Of a DNA stretch of 64,000 nt, positions 1-14,600 are shown piece by piece (the stretch's first letter is position 1; the number at the start of each line of letters is the position of its first letter). The stretch covers positions 62,001 to 126,000 of the forward strand of contig NW_026864408.1 of NCBI RefSeq assembly GCF_026571515.1, read 5' to 3'. The DNA is from Ruditapes philippinarum. Lineage: Eukaryota. Below the pieces are notes generated by a model. It saw only the letters and a program-made list of their open reading frames with translations, did no database searches and had not been told where the DNA came from. The position numbers were made by a program, and so were the translations under genes.

Positions 1-1649
1 ATAACGTGAAAACAATGGTATAATATGAAACAATGGATATTACCATTGGCATAACATAAAACAATGAATATAAACAGTTATAAAAGTCATTGGTATGACA
101 TGACATAAATGCAATGAGCATACCTGATATTTTCATTTTTTTACAACATAACTTGTACAACAAACAAGAATATTTGTAACTCCGAAGAAAGCTCCCAGAT
201 GTTGCTTTAACAAAACAACAAACATGACTTTACAATAAATAGTTGGAAAATCTATTTATAGCAACAGTGACCTTGACTTTTGATCCAATCAACCTTAAAA
301 ACACTACTAGAGTAGTAACTGTCTTTGAAAGGTACCTACACTTTAAATTTACTAACATATCAGTCAATAAATGAAGTTTTATACAAAATTTTTATTGGTA
401 TGTCACACATGGGGACATATTGGGGCAAGAACCAACCAGCAAATATAATGCCCCCAATCAAAAAAGATTTATGAAAATATTTATGAAACATTGTATAAAA
501 ATGCCCAAATTTCCAAATTTGATTCTGAGGCTTCATATAAACATCATGGCAAAAAGTAAACAAAATTACTAGTAATTTTAGTCATCAATAATTAAATAAC
601 AGTGTGTCACCTTAAAAATAAATTTTCATTTGATTCATGGCATTTAGAGCATTTCAAACATTTATGGTTTTTAGACTTTTTAAAAAGCATTTTTAAAGGT
701 TCTTGCTAAAGAAACATTTTTAAGTTCATGTTACTCAAGGAGCCCCACCCATCAGAATATGCAATACTGCAGCAAAGACGTTGGTACCCAGCTAAATAAA
801 CTGACGATGTTGTAGACAAGTACCTGGGAACCATAGTTTCATAAATAAAGATAATTTAAAATAAATGTAAAGGTGTATGTTAGATACCCAGAGATTTTTA
901 AGTTGTGTTTTCAATCATTCATATAACAGTTGATCCTCAAAAAAAGCAGAACAATTAGATCTAGAAATAAATAAATAAATACATTGTAAAAGTTAAAACT
1001 GAAAATTTCATTCTAATAAGTAAAGAGGTCTATTAAAAATTAATATCTTAAACCTATAACAAATGCATAAATATAATTTCAACAATTTCAAGTAAAAACG
1101 TTGTAAGTAAAAAATGAAGGCATTTCTGAATATGTCACATTTATAACGACACATTACGTTAACACTACAACAACGAAAGCTGCCTTTGGTTAGGAAGGAC
1201 ATCGTGTATTCTATTAATTGTATACACGATAAGTTTAGCGAGTATAAATGCAGTTAACACGCGAATCAAATATTCCATTCACAACAAAAAAATAATGGTT
1301 TTGATTTCAATTAATGTTCACACTTGTTTTTATCAATTGGTCGAGAAAGATGAAAATCTGTTAAAGAATTCCAGATTATCGAAGCCCTGTAGAAAATAGG
1401 AACACCCTAGAACAGCCTGTTCTACGGTGTTCCTATTTATAGAAAAAAAAATATTAACGAAGGTAGGTGGTCATTGCGACTAGAGATTCTGTATTTTGTA
1501 ACTGAATTATGCATGTCAGTGTCTTTGGTACGTGAATAATGTGACAATTGATACTTGGTCAAGTCACCTTGCAAATTTCAAGGATAAAAATTTATCTATA
1601 TTAAGAGAAATGGTCTTAGAGATGATTTCTAACTCGGGTTTTAGTGTGA

Positions 1650-1840
1650 TTGATGGAGTTTTACATCACACCGACACAGTATGGGTTATATGGCGATGTT
1701 CCAGCTTTACTGGTGGAGGAAGACCTCAGGTGCCTTGCCATGCATTATTTCAGGCACAAACTGGCACCAGAGTAGAACCATCCGTGTTCCATAAACTAGC
1801 TGGATAGCTTCCTCACATGAAAGAATCCAAAGTCCCTGGA
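1650..1840 (-). mobile_element. SINE core and tail fragment, same family
   Basis: GAGGAAGCTATCCAGCTAG...GGCACCTGAGGTCTTCCTCCACCAGTAAAGCTGG homologous to the other copies; head lost. Confidence 0.7.
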
Positions 1841-2587
1841 AGGGTTCTAGTGTACAGGTGTTTTTATATGGATATCAATATATAAACAATACTGAATGCC
1901 AATACTCCCTGATTTTGTTCTAAATGCTCGAAAAAAATACAACCAAAAAAATCTACTATATAAAACTTAAATTTTGTTCCTACAATGTAAAGGACATTCT
2001 AGTGTTGAAACTGGCCTTTTAAGGTGCTATGAAATCAATGATAGGCAAGTTTTTTTACATATCAATTAGTTTTAAAATCTACATCAATAAATGTAGTAAA
2101 AATAATGGCAGCTTTTTGCTCTTTCATGTTTCACCATGTCTAACATGTAACTTACATTGTACAAACATCTGGATCACCCTGTATAACAGTATAATTGCGC
2201 TGTCATGTTCAATAGTTCACCCTGTATAACAGTTAGTATGCAGTTGCAGCATATGAAGTTCACCATGTACAACAGTTTGCACTTAAAGCATATGAGGTTC
2301 ACTACATCTACAACAGTTAACTAGCGCTGTAATATGGGCATTCTTCACCTTTATGGTTCTTTCTGACATCTGTAGTCATCTTAATCCCTTCACTAAAATC
2401 TTTCTACCCAGCATACTTGGCACCCGTTCTATCTAGGCACTGTTTATATGTATATATTTACATTAACCAAAACATTCATTGTAAAACAACAAGCGAGGCT
2501 AGAGGTCAAGGCTTCACAATGAAACGGTTCACCATTCTTCTATTCCGGACTTGTAAAAGTTTGTATAAACACTGCGACACAGTCTGA

Positions 2588-2646
2588 TCATGATGCTTCC
2601 TCTGACACCACATGACATATCTTCTGGCTAGTGTAAGTTAAAGATC
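2588..2646 (-). CDS. SLC7 gene A exon 12, coding part ([19 protein letters not shown])
   Basis: tacag acceptor, phase matches exon 11, LAT-type C-terminal TxxxQK..VV motif, TGA at 2590-2588. Confidence 0.88.
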
Positions 2647-5600
2647 CTGTAATAAAAAGTAGGAACAAAAATACAATAACAAAACTATTCTAAATACAGG
2701 CTCGGCCTTTACAAAATTACGATATAACATATTTCAAAATAAGGTATATATATTGACACTATTTTGTCAACTTCTCTTTTTATTTCTGAGAAAAGCTTTC
2801 TTAGAGGCTTGCTTTCTCTTTCAGAGCCTTGTTTCATTTGAGTCTATTAAGACGTAATAAAACAACTTTTAAGGTACAACTTTTTTATTTTAGCTCCTTA
2901 AAAAAGATTTCTATTTGAATTCAAAAAGACCTAATTTATATTTCTATATATATTTCTCTCATTAATCCATTAGCTTTGTTCCTTGCTTACTACATTTGTT
3001 CCGTGCATACTAGATTCCCAGTGGATTAAAAAGATTTTCGTATCTGATATAAATATTGACACATCTTTCTTAAGACCAATGTTTCAATAAAAGTATAATT
3101 CCATATAATTCATGTACCCAGATACTTACTGACAAAATTAGTAAAAGCCTGGGGCTTATTTTTCCAGCGTACTCCTAAAATGTAGACAGGTACGCCAGTC
3201 AGTACCAACAACAGACCCATACCCGTATCTTTGGGCGCAGCAAAAAGTGGCACAATTAACAAGAATAGCACGGCAATGAGGAAAGTAATTGGTATGGCAA
3301 TATTAAACTGTAAAGAAAAGAAATAAGATATGTTATTTATAAGCCGAACAAATTCATCAATCATGCATCATGTGTTCATGAAAAGGGCCGTAACTCTTAC
3401 ACACAAAAGTAGGTGTGGATAATATGTTCTTGTCTATTTTATTTTCACTGAAACATATACAAATATGTAAGTATATTGACAGCTATATTAACTCATGTTT
3501 ATGATATCACCAACAAGTATATAATACACATACATATCACATACATGTAGTATGTCATGTATACTATATATATAATAACCTCAGTTTATACAGAATTTAT
3601 TGAAGTTCAACTGCATAGGTATCTAATAGCTTATAGACACACTCCCAAATTCATTTATGGAACCAACCAGTACTAAGCAAAATAAGTGCGAAGTTTCTTG
3701 CTCCTATGGGTTTTAAACCCATGCAGCTTGAGATACTGAGATTACATTATTACCTTAATAGGTCTGTCCCATTCTGGGTGTTTGTAGCGAAGATACAGCA
3801 AACCTGTGACCGACATACCCACAGACAACCACTGTACAAAACTCATATAGTTGATGAGAGCATACATGTCATCTGAGATCAACATAATAATTGATAAACC
3901 TCCCTGAAAAACATGACAAGATCAATATTAAATCAAAATATGAGATACAAGTATGTACTATTATTTGTAATGAGTTTAACATAATAATTGATTAGCCTCC
4001 CTGAAAAACATGATGAGATAATACATATTTAATCAAATATGAGATACAAGTATTTACTATTATTTGTATTGAGAACAAAATAATTGATTAGCCTCCCTGA
4101 AAAACACAGTGAGATCATAATTTAATCAAATATGAGATACAAGTATCTACAATTATTTATAATGTGATCAACATAATTATTGATAAACCTCCCTGAAAAA
4201 TGAAAGGAGATCAATATTTAATCAAAATATGAGATAGAAGTATCTTCCATTATTTGTAATGAGATCATAATGAGATCAACATGACAAGATCTATGACAAG
4301 TAGCAGAAACGCATACTGAGATCAACATTAAAATTTCATAAGCTTTCCAGAAATCAATAATTGTGAGATCAACATGAGATCACATAACATACAATGATAA
4401 AAGTTGAGATCAACATAAAAACAATAAACTATATTAGCAGTCAGTTCTCCTGCACAGGCTGGTGAGGATCCATGCTGGTCGCAAACACATTATATTGGTA
4501 TTGTCATAAGCAGCTCACTTATTGAAGGTTCATAAGCAGCTCATTTATTGAAGGTTTTTATATATTTAAGATAGTAAAAATGAATTAAATGTTGTCTTAC
4601 AGTGAAGAGCATGGCTGGCATAGGTGTGTAACGTTTAACATTGATCATAGACATCAGTTGTGGTAAATGACCTTCTCGTGCTCCCACAAAAAATAATCTG
4701 AAATAAGATTTAATAAATAAACATGACACTTGTCTTTTTTATATTTACAGCACAGACATTCATTTTTATATGTGACTATTCTATAATGTATTTAATGGGA
4801 ATATTTAAAGTTGAAATTACTGTTTATTTCCCATGCAATATAACCATTATGTAATTCTTTTTTGTTTGTTTGGTTTAACAACCCACCAACACAATTTAGG
4901 TCATATTGCACCAAAACATGAAAGATTATCTTGGCCAACCTTCTGTTTCAAACTTAATGCAACACCAAGAGTCAAAACCTGCTCACCAACTTGAGCTAAG
5001 AGATTCATAGACTTCAGTAATTTGAACCCATTTAGTCGCCTCTAACGATCTTGCCGGGAAAAACAGTGGCTGCAATTCTGATGCCTCAACCCTTTAAAGC
5101 AATCTCTCAAACAACCAGAGTGAAGGCGGGGCTAAATTTTTCAATGCCAAAAACAGGAAAGGTTCATAATGAAACAAAATTGACTGGATGCGAGTAAAGT
5201 TGTGTTTCAAATAAAAACTCTTCAAACTTACCTCCCTGAGGTAAAGAGTAGACCATTTACACCTCCAAATGTGGAGAGTGATACAAACACTGGTATGATC
5301 CATGCCATTACACCGTATACTTTCTCCGCAAATGTCTGTGAAAATAAAAAAGTTTATATTTAATCTGACTCAACGATTCATTTACAAAACAATGTCACTA
5401 ACATCCCTATGTCTTACCAAGTTATTTCTAAACAAAGGGAAAAAAAATCAGAACACATAAGGAGATAATAACATCTAGTCATTTACACTTTCACCCTCTT
5501 TCACTGTTACAAAAAACCTTAACAAATATGATGCTTACATAGCCATAAAAAAAGCAAATCTATTCAATTTAAGCCACTTTAAATAAGTACACTAAGTAGT

Positions 5601-8600
5601 CTAATTTGAACCTAACTCCACTAAAATCTTAAATGGAATCGTCCATCTTTCCGATCGTTTTTTGGGTAAAATTTGTATAAAAGGTGCTGACTGAATAGCA
5701 AACAGTGCAGACCATGATCAGATGGCAAGGATTTCCTGCTGATCTTGGTCAGCACTGGTGGCATGGGTAGCTTCAGTCGCTGCCAGCAGGCTAAGGTTAA
5801 ATTAACATTTGTACTTCAGGCAGTCATACTACACTCAAAGTACACATTTTCTGTTCCAAATTTGGTATTTAGAAAATCAATGAAACCATTAATGGTAAAT
5901 TTCAATACTGGACGTATACAAAATTCATCACATAAAATCTTCAAGAATATGATTTCAATAAAAATATAACAAAATTCACAGAACTTTTTTTTCTATATTT
6001 CCCTGAATAAATCAATATGATACGATAATGTTTATTGTATAACTTACAACAGCTACTGCATTAGACTCCATCATCTCTCTAGGTGAAACCAGTGTGAAAT
6101 AAGCCACATTTGAAAACACATATACAAACGTTACAATTGGAATTGATATGTAGATAGCACGCGGTAAATTCCTGAAAAAAAAACAAAGAAAAACTCTAGT
6201 GTTTTAATATGACAATATCACATTGAACGAAATTTAACTCATATAATTATCATTTCTATGAGCTTATATTCATTACACTCGGTTTAAGCATAATTTTTAA
6301 GGCAGACTGCAAAACAAGTTCTTTAAACTAAAATTAATCACTTTCGAGTCCGCTTCCTGGAACCAACCAGTACTGTAGTATAATGAAGGAACATGGCCGT
6401 GACCTGATTAGGGCTTCAACCCATAATCCATGGGTTGAAAGGCAGATACTTTAACCACTTGGCCACCGCTCCCCTTCTTTACACTCAATGCTTTGCAGAC
6501 GGTGGTCGTACCAAGCTAGCATTATTTATCAAAATCATGCTTATTTTAATGAAATCTTTACGTTTTGCGAACTGCATTTCATGGTATTTGTATATGATGA
6601 CCATTATATACTGGCTCTATAACCCCCTTTGTTTAAGTCTATATAAATCAAGTAACCCACAAGGTGGAGACACTTTTGATCTCAAGAACCCCGTACCAGT
6701 GTTCTGCACATTGTCTAATTATAAGTAATATTTCTGCAAAAAAGTTTTAATTTTTTTTTCAATTGGTTCAAATGATACAGAGCTGACACAATTCTGAACT
6801 TGATGCAAAATGAATGTGACCTTGACCTGAGAAAGGTCAAACATGTGCTTTCCACAGCATCATCTTATTAAAGTTAACATTTCTGTCAAGTAGTTTCAAT
6901 TTCCTTCTGAACAGACCTGACACGAAAACTGATAAATGACGCACGGACAGATGACCATGTGCATTACATTATATGCCAAATTTTTTTGGGGCATATAATA
7001 CATTGATAAAACAGGTAGGTACTCACCTGTAAGGATCTATCAATTCTTCTGTTACAAAATTAAGAAAATTCCTGAAAAAAAAGAAATTACAAAATACATG
7101 CAATGTATGTATTTTCATTTTCAGAAAATAATCATTTTTTTATTCAGTCAAAATATATCAACATTCCCATTCAACTTTACAACAACTTTTATGTATATGT
7201 AAGAGAATATTGCATTTAACATAATCTTTGCTTTTACCTGTACATTGTCATTAACATAAAACATTACATTAATTTTCTCAATTTGGATGTTAACTGATCC
7301 CAAATTGTAGCATTATAGCCAATTATATCATTTCACATACTAGCTTTTTATGTTAAGAAATAAGACAAACAAATGTTTTTATCTGTATTTTTTTTCCTTT
7401 TTCAGTATTGTATGCAAAGATTAAAACATAACAAATGCTTCTTTAACATAATATTTATCTTATGACATTATGATATTCCCAAATATGATAATTTGCAATA
7501 TACATAAAAGGGTATTATCTGAAGATGGAATAATCATTAAAGGGGTTCAGTTGATCTAAGGGTGTTAGGGTATGCGACATCAGCTAAGGGGGGCCAGTTC
7601 CACAAACTCACCCCCTAAGATCAACTAAACTCCTGTAGCAGTTCTTGTACGTGAATCCCAGATTTAATAATTATTCCATTGTCAGATAATACCCTGTTCT
7701 TTTCCCAATTATTTACCCCATACTTATTCTAGTAGTACAAAAGTCACCTAAATATGGCACCACACATATAGTGGATGCAAAACTTAGAGGATTATCAGCA
7801 GCTGTGTCCATTTATACACAAAGATCCAAGTGATAACCTTTGACCTTATCAACTGAAAGATCAGACCCCCAGCTGCCAATCAAGCCTAGGACTTTATCTG
7901 ATTGTTGTCCGATTATGCTAACAAGTTAACAAGTTTCATACTGTATGTACTTGCAATTGACCATTACCACATTATTTTACAAACAGATAATGGAATATTT
8001 TTTCCAGACCTTTTATTGATAAAGAATCAAGAAAGGTAGTGTTTAAGCTGTCTCCTTAAACAAAATTAAATCGGAGTTGCTTCCCTTTCACTACATAATA
8101 ACAATAAACCTATTCAAATCAGAGTTTTCTCCCTTACATCACACTAACTTACCATCCAGCATAAGCAAAGAGTCCACTGTAGAATGCCAGAGACACTGAG
8201 CCTACCCCTACATTAGCACCGTCTATATTATCCCATGCATTCACTATATGTTCATGCTCCCCTGAAAAGTGAAATTAAAAATTAAGTTTGTGCAAAAAAC
8301 AAAAACGACTGGAAACAAGGCTTGACAAAAGTTGATATATAAATTAAACTCCACTTGTTACAATATCAACATAATGGGTTTGCGACCAGCATGGATCCAG
8401 ACCAGTCTGCGCATCGGCGCAGTCTGATCAGGATCCATGCTGTTCGCTTACAAACCCTATTACAAGTAGAGAAACTGATAGCGAACAGCATGGATCCTGA
8501 TCAGACTGCGTCGATGCGCAGGCTGGTCTGGATCCATGCTGGTCGCAAACCTATTACGTTGGTTTTGTCATGACACGGCTCAAATGTTATCTGGATACAA

Positions 8601-11600
8601 TGACATAAATTTGGAAGTCCCCTGAATATCGTTATAAATGGAGTTTACTGTATACATCATCAACAGCTCCAGAACTTTCTACTTAAATGGGAACCAGTCT
8701 GTTCTTTCAATTGTTCTGTCAATTTCATCAAAGAAATAAATTTCATAAAAGAACGGTATTATTATGTACTAAACTATACATTGTTCCTTGTCAAATATTT
8801 GTTAGATTGTCTTTTATGTTGATTTTAACACATATTTTGGTCATACTTCAGCAGTTGATCCACCAGACTGACTTTCCAGGATAACTAACAAGTAAAATTA
8901 TCAATTTATCTGCAAGTCACCTACATGATTTCCTTCCCAAATAAAGAACCATTTGTAATAGCACTAGTAATCAACTATTTATCATTACCACTACAGTTAT
9001 TAAAGACCATTTGGACTACAAAAGAAAATATAGATAAAAAATCTGAATCCTTGCATTCTTCAATTATTAAACAATGCATATTTTCAATCATTTATAATAA
9101 AGATGTGATAAACTAATCATCAACTCGTCACCTAACTGCAGTAATGGTTTAACTCCTTACATAATTAAATAGGAGTTAACCCATTTCTGCACTAAGGTGA
9201 CAAACTTTTGAATGATTTTTAAAATTCTACCCCAAACAAGAAAGACAATCAGTACAATATACAAATTACCAGAAACACAGTTACCTCCCTTTATCAAACT
9301 AAATCATATTTCTACCTACCCATAGCTATCATAGCAGCCCCAGTAAAGATAATCAGCAGTAAGGCAAGTAATTTTGCGACTGTAAATATATCCTGGATTT
9401 TTGTGGCTGCCTTCACGCTGACAATATTCACAAATGTTAAAATACCTGAAAATAGAAACAGTTTTTTATATTTCAAGTATTTTTTTACAAATTATTTCAA
9501 TATTGAATTAAACAGGCTTCTATCTGATGAAATTGATATATTTTATGAGAATTCACATGAAAATGATAAATTTTACGAGAATTTACATGTTTTTTCATCG
9601 AAGTACAAATATATCATATGAATTATATGATTTTCCATGGTTTTCTTGTTATATAACATATGAGCCATGTCACGACAAAACCAACATAATAGGTTTGCGA
9701 CCAGCATGGATCCAGACCAGCCTGCGCATCCACGCAGTCTGATCAGGATCCATGCTGTTCGCTTACCAACCCTGTAACAAGTAGAGAAACTGATAGCGAA
9801 CAGCATGGATCCTGATCAGACTGCGCGGATGCGCAGGCTGGTCTGGATCCATGCTGGTCGTAAACCCATTATGTTGGTTTTGTCATGACACGGCTCAAAT
9901 GTTATCAACATAACAATAATGCCTCATCTATAGACATAATGAATATTTGTATTTGAACATTTTCATTAAATATTTACGCATCATAAAAGGATGGTTATAT
10001 TATTGCCTTGTGTATAACTCAAAGATCATGTGACTGCTCTGACATCTTAATGACCCATTGCCAAAATTGTTCAATTTGTCACACACCCTCAGGTACTATT
10101 TTCTCTCTGAGTGCTTTCATCGAAAATTATGAAAGAATCTAAAATGATGGGGGAAGGGGTGGTGGTGGGGAGGGGGTAATAATTTATAGTCATAACATTT
10201 GGGCAAATATCTTTATTATTAAAACACCAATTATGACCAGGTTCCCTAACTCGTGGAGTAATGCGGATGGAAAGTTCTGTACTTGAGCTGGGTTTCACAT
10301 TTGACCTGTCAAACTCTGCAGTGTAAATACAAAAGGGTTATTTGGTGCTAAAAAAGCAGAGGATCATGCCCAACTCATAATGTTGGGATTTTTATTATTG
10401 AATTTATTATCTGATTGACCCCACAGATTTAGGTAAGTAAATCCAAAAGGCAAGGTAATTGTTTCCTATAGACAAGTTTCCAGGGTTGCACATGAATGAC
10501 TATACTACATAATATCAACAGGAATGTTTTTATATCTATCCTGAACTACCTCCTAAATATAAATGGTTTGGATGAATCGTTTTTTAATAATTTTGTACCC
10601 TATTAAACAAACAACAATCATAACATGACTAATGCCAAGATTTTTGTATTCTTTTAGAGATATAAATCAAGTTATTCTTTTATTAATGTCAGATTTGGGT
10701 GTCCTTGATTGCTAAAAATACTAGAACAATGTTCTAGAATGTAAACAAGCTGGTGTTCAACTAATGTGACAGCATACTGAATGTGAGCCAGTTTATTCCA
10801 GTTTGTGACTGGTTCCCAGTAAATTTGTGCTAAGAAAAGACACAGGTATATAATTAAATAATAGACACATTATTTAAAAGTCTGACATGCTAACTATTTC
10901 AAATAAATAAATTTTTTTACTGTCTGCACAAGTATGGCCGTGTCTTATAAGAGGGTCAATGCAATGGTCTGAACTATAAGTGTGTTTTATTAACCTTTTA
11001 AGTCTTATATGCAGGTATATAGGGTACTTAAGAATTGAAGTAACAGCTTTGTTTTTAATACGACTTAAGAAACCATTGAAAAGGTATTTCAGAGTCAGAT
11101 AATCAGATTTAACTTATACTTTTTTTGTATACTTTTTTAATTAGTCAAACTATTTGTTCCCCAATTAACATCTTCACACGTATGTCTTAAAATTAAGTCA
11201 GGTTAGAGTAAGAGAATTATAAGTTGCAGTACAGTTTTTGTTGTTTCTAACATAATTATCATTAAAAAAGAGAAAAATCAACATTTTTGATTCACCAAAA
11301 CACAGCAATTAATAAAGTAAAAACTATTTACACATCTAGATCCAAGCTGCAGTAAAAGAATGCTTTTTTCGTGTCAAGAAAAGCCATAAAAATGAATGAC
11401 ATTATTGCACTGCTCTGCTGCAATATTTATATCTATAAGCATTGTCTTGTAAATGCAAGTAGAAACAAAATGAATGAACAAACTAGCAAGCAAGTGAATG
11501 AATGAATGAATCAATCAATCAATCAATCAAATAAATCAATCAATCAATTAATCAATCAATCAAAGGGCTGAAAGCTCTGTGGTATTTTCTGATCTTTGCA

Positions 11601-14600
11601 ATCTAAATCGTACTGTACAGTACATCTGTATGTATTTTCCTGTATAAGTATATTTTTATATACTATAAATTAATTCGTCTTACAGGGCACCGAGATGCAG
11701 CGACTGCGTATAGATTTTTTACTATAACAGTTTGAGTTTGATACATATGGAATTTTCAAAAAAATAATTAATGTTCATTTTTTATGACAGCCACACATTA
11801 TCATTGCATATCGTGTCTACTTTCTTAAAAAAGACACTTAAGAAATAGTTGCTTCGAATGGGATTGGAACCCCTGACCTCTCACACCCTAAACGAGCGTG
11901 TTACCCCTGTACCACGGGGAAGTTACACGAAGAAAGCCTGAATGAAATCAAACAATTCTGAATTTAGTATTTCCATTTCGGGTTTGTAATCTTTAAAATT
12001 ATTAGTTTTGATGTATTTAGTTTACGATAAACCTGTTGTTTAACACTGATGTAAATAATTTAGCGAAAATCTTCTCGCCAAAACAGCCCGACATGTATAT
12101 ATTTCACTACTAGACAGTCAGATTTATTTGCAATCTCCTACGCAGTGATCTCCCATTACAGGCCGTAGCGTAACCGGTGCACGGAGTTTGATTTATTTGT
12201 GTACTACGCTATGAAGAATTCGGTTATCGACATCGCTAAAAATAGCATTTTCATTGATTAAAATTATTCATCTGCGTAATTTGTGATTGTGCATTTATTG
12301 TCTATTCTATAAGCCACCACTACTTTTAAATTTTGAATGCGTTGTAATTTGTTGGATACTTGTGACAAATAAACATATTTCTTTCTTTTACATAGCTAGT
12401 TTTAAACTGTTCTGAGAACTACTTGTTGTTAGGTCTGTCGCGATGTCAGCATTGTATTTCCTGACTGCGTCAAAAAATACAAAAACGGTCTGACAAACAA
12501 ATTAATAATAATTTTTAGAAGCGGGTCTTAATCGAGTGAAACCGAGCCTGTAACATTTTTTAAATTTTGCTGTTTTGGCATTCTGTGGGGATTTTGTTTT
12601 TATATATTTTAAAATATTCTGAATTTTACTTTTCATTAATATTGCAAAAATTGGCATATTCATTTTTGCTATAAAAAGTTTCCTGCAACATACGCAATTA
12701 ATGTCAAATCATAAAAATTTAAATAATTAATTAACACAGCACTAAAAAAACTTAAAATTTCCAAAGTCTGTAAACTGTCATCCAAATGAGCAACATTCCT
12801 AAATTAACAGGCGATTTGTTTACTGTTTGTGATGGATGGTGTACTGTAAAAACAGACATATATACAAACATGCAAAATGCACTGATATACACCATTTCCA
12901 CATGTAACTTTCGTCCTTGGCTTAATTTGCGTATTAACAGACCAATAGAAAATTGAATAAGGAACACTACATTGTTAGTTAATTTACTATTTCTGAAAAT
13001 ATTACCTCTAGTAGAGTGTGGTCACACCGTGCTAAAGTATGTGAGCCGACCTGGCTTAAATATTACTTCCAGTTATATAAGACGTTTATATGGCCCAGTG
13101 AAAACAGTTGTTTTGCTTTATATAACCAAAGCCACAGAGCAAAACGACCGTTTATACACATTAAACATATACAATGTCGGGTAACTTCTAAAAAAATCTT
13201 TATAATGAATAGATTATATGGCCAAAATTCTTTATTTAACCCTTATTTAACTCTTATTTAACCGGCTGGAACCTAAAGTGCTGAGCAACAACCTCAAGTA
13301 AAGAGCCAGGCCAGCCTGAATGTCTGTACACACTGGCTTTACACTGTATTAAGTTGGTAGTTCTATCATATATATTTTTTTATATTTTCATATTTACATC
13401 CCTTAAACTATAAATGAACTGTTTCAAGTTAAATGTAAGGTAAAGCCATTTTATAATGATATTCTGCAGGTTTGGGCTTCACAGGGAAAAAGGAAAACAC
13501 GATCAAAGCTGCAGCCATGTATTATAAAATATGATAAAATTACAACGTGAAACACATTTATCATAACATATAAACATGTCAGTATCTCAGATGCTATCGG
13601 TAAATAAAAATTTGAAAAAAGACATTAACATGAAAAATTTCATCATATGACTTGTACATAACAAAGGATCTTGAGTAATAAAATAAAATTCTTCCTAGTT
13701 TATGTGCTAGTAAATTAACCCACATGATTTCATTTTTAACAGCACATGATTTCATATGCCCATTAACATTGAATTTGGTGGGTGCAAATGCTGTATTTTT
13801 ATGAAAGCAGTCAATTTATCACCTCTTTAAAAGTATAACATTTCCTTTCCCTGCTCCATTCAGAAATATTGTAAAATACAAACAAATCCTTTGAAGTCCC
13901 TCCACAATATTGGTTTTTCCAAGCATCAGCAATATGTTGCTTTCAAATTTGATATTTAAGACAGTGCAATGCAAAAGTGCTCTTTTAAATTGTGAACTTA
14001 AGGAAGAAATCAGCATGTCACAAGCAAGTTGCAATAAAAATTCTAAATGATTTACAATTATCAAATCAATTTTTCACTGATTTTGAATAGGAAACTGATC
14101 TTAGATTTGACAGATTTGACTGATTTAAAGAAAAATTGAATGAATGTGAATTATCATATAATTATTGGTTTTTTTTTTGCATAAATGAAATCTACTAATA
14201 CAATCATGAATATAATGCTGATCTTGAATATATTTTTTATACACTTCAATGTTTTTTTGTCATTAACTTTCTGTGTTTCTTACACAAAGAACTCTACATT
14301 AACCCACACCCCTAGCTCATCTCTTTTTTATTTCTTTTCAAAATGTTATTTCCTTGTTTGGATAATTAATCTCTATCTTAACCACTATTAACCTGCTAGT
14401 GGCCACTGATTCTACCCATGCCACCAATGCAGACCAAGATCAGCCAGCACACCTGTGACTTATGATCAGGGTCTACACTGGAAAAGCTATTCAGTCAGCA
14501 CATCGAAATTTTTCATAAAAAATGATTAATAATTTTGTCTAGATCAAAAAACCTTAATCAAGTCAATTTGAAATATTGAATAATTTAGTGTGTTAATATT

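Noticed and set aside
8355-9806. ORFs of 65-77 aa (MDPDQ..., WIHAGR...)
   Set aside because: They derive from the palindromic MITE, intron sequence or the antisense strand of exon 4; no coding signature.
11851-11921. Functional tRNA-Pro gene
   Set aside because: The acceptor and T stems do not pair properly and the T-loop is altered.
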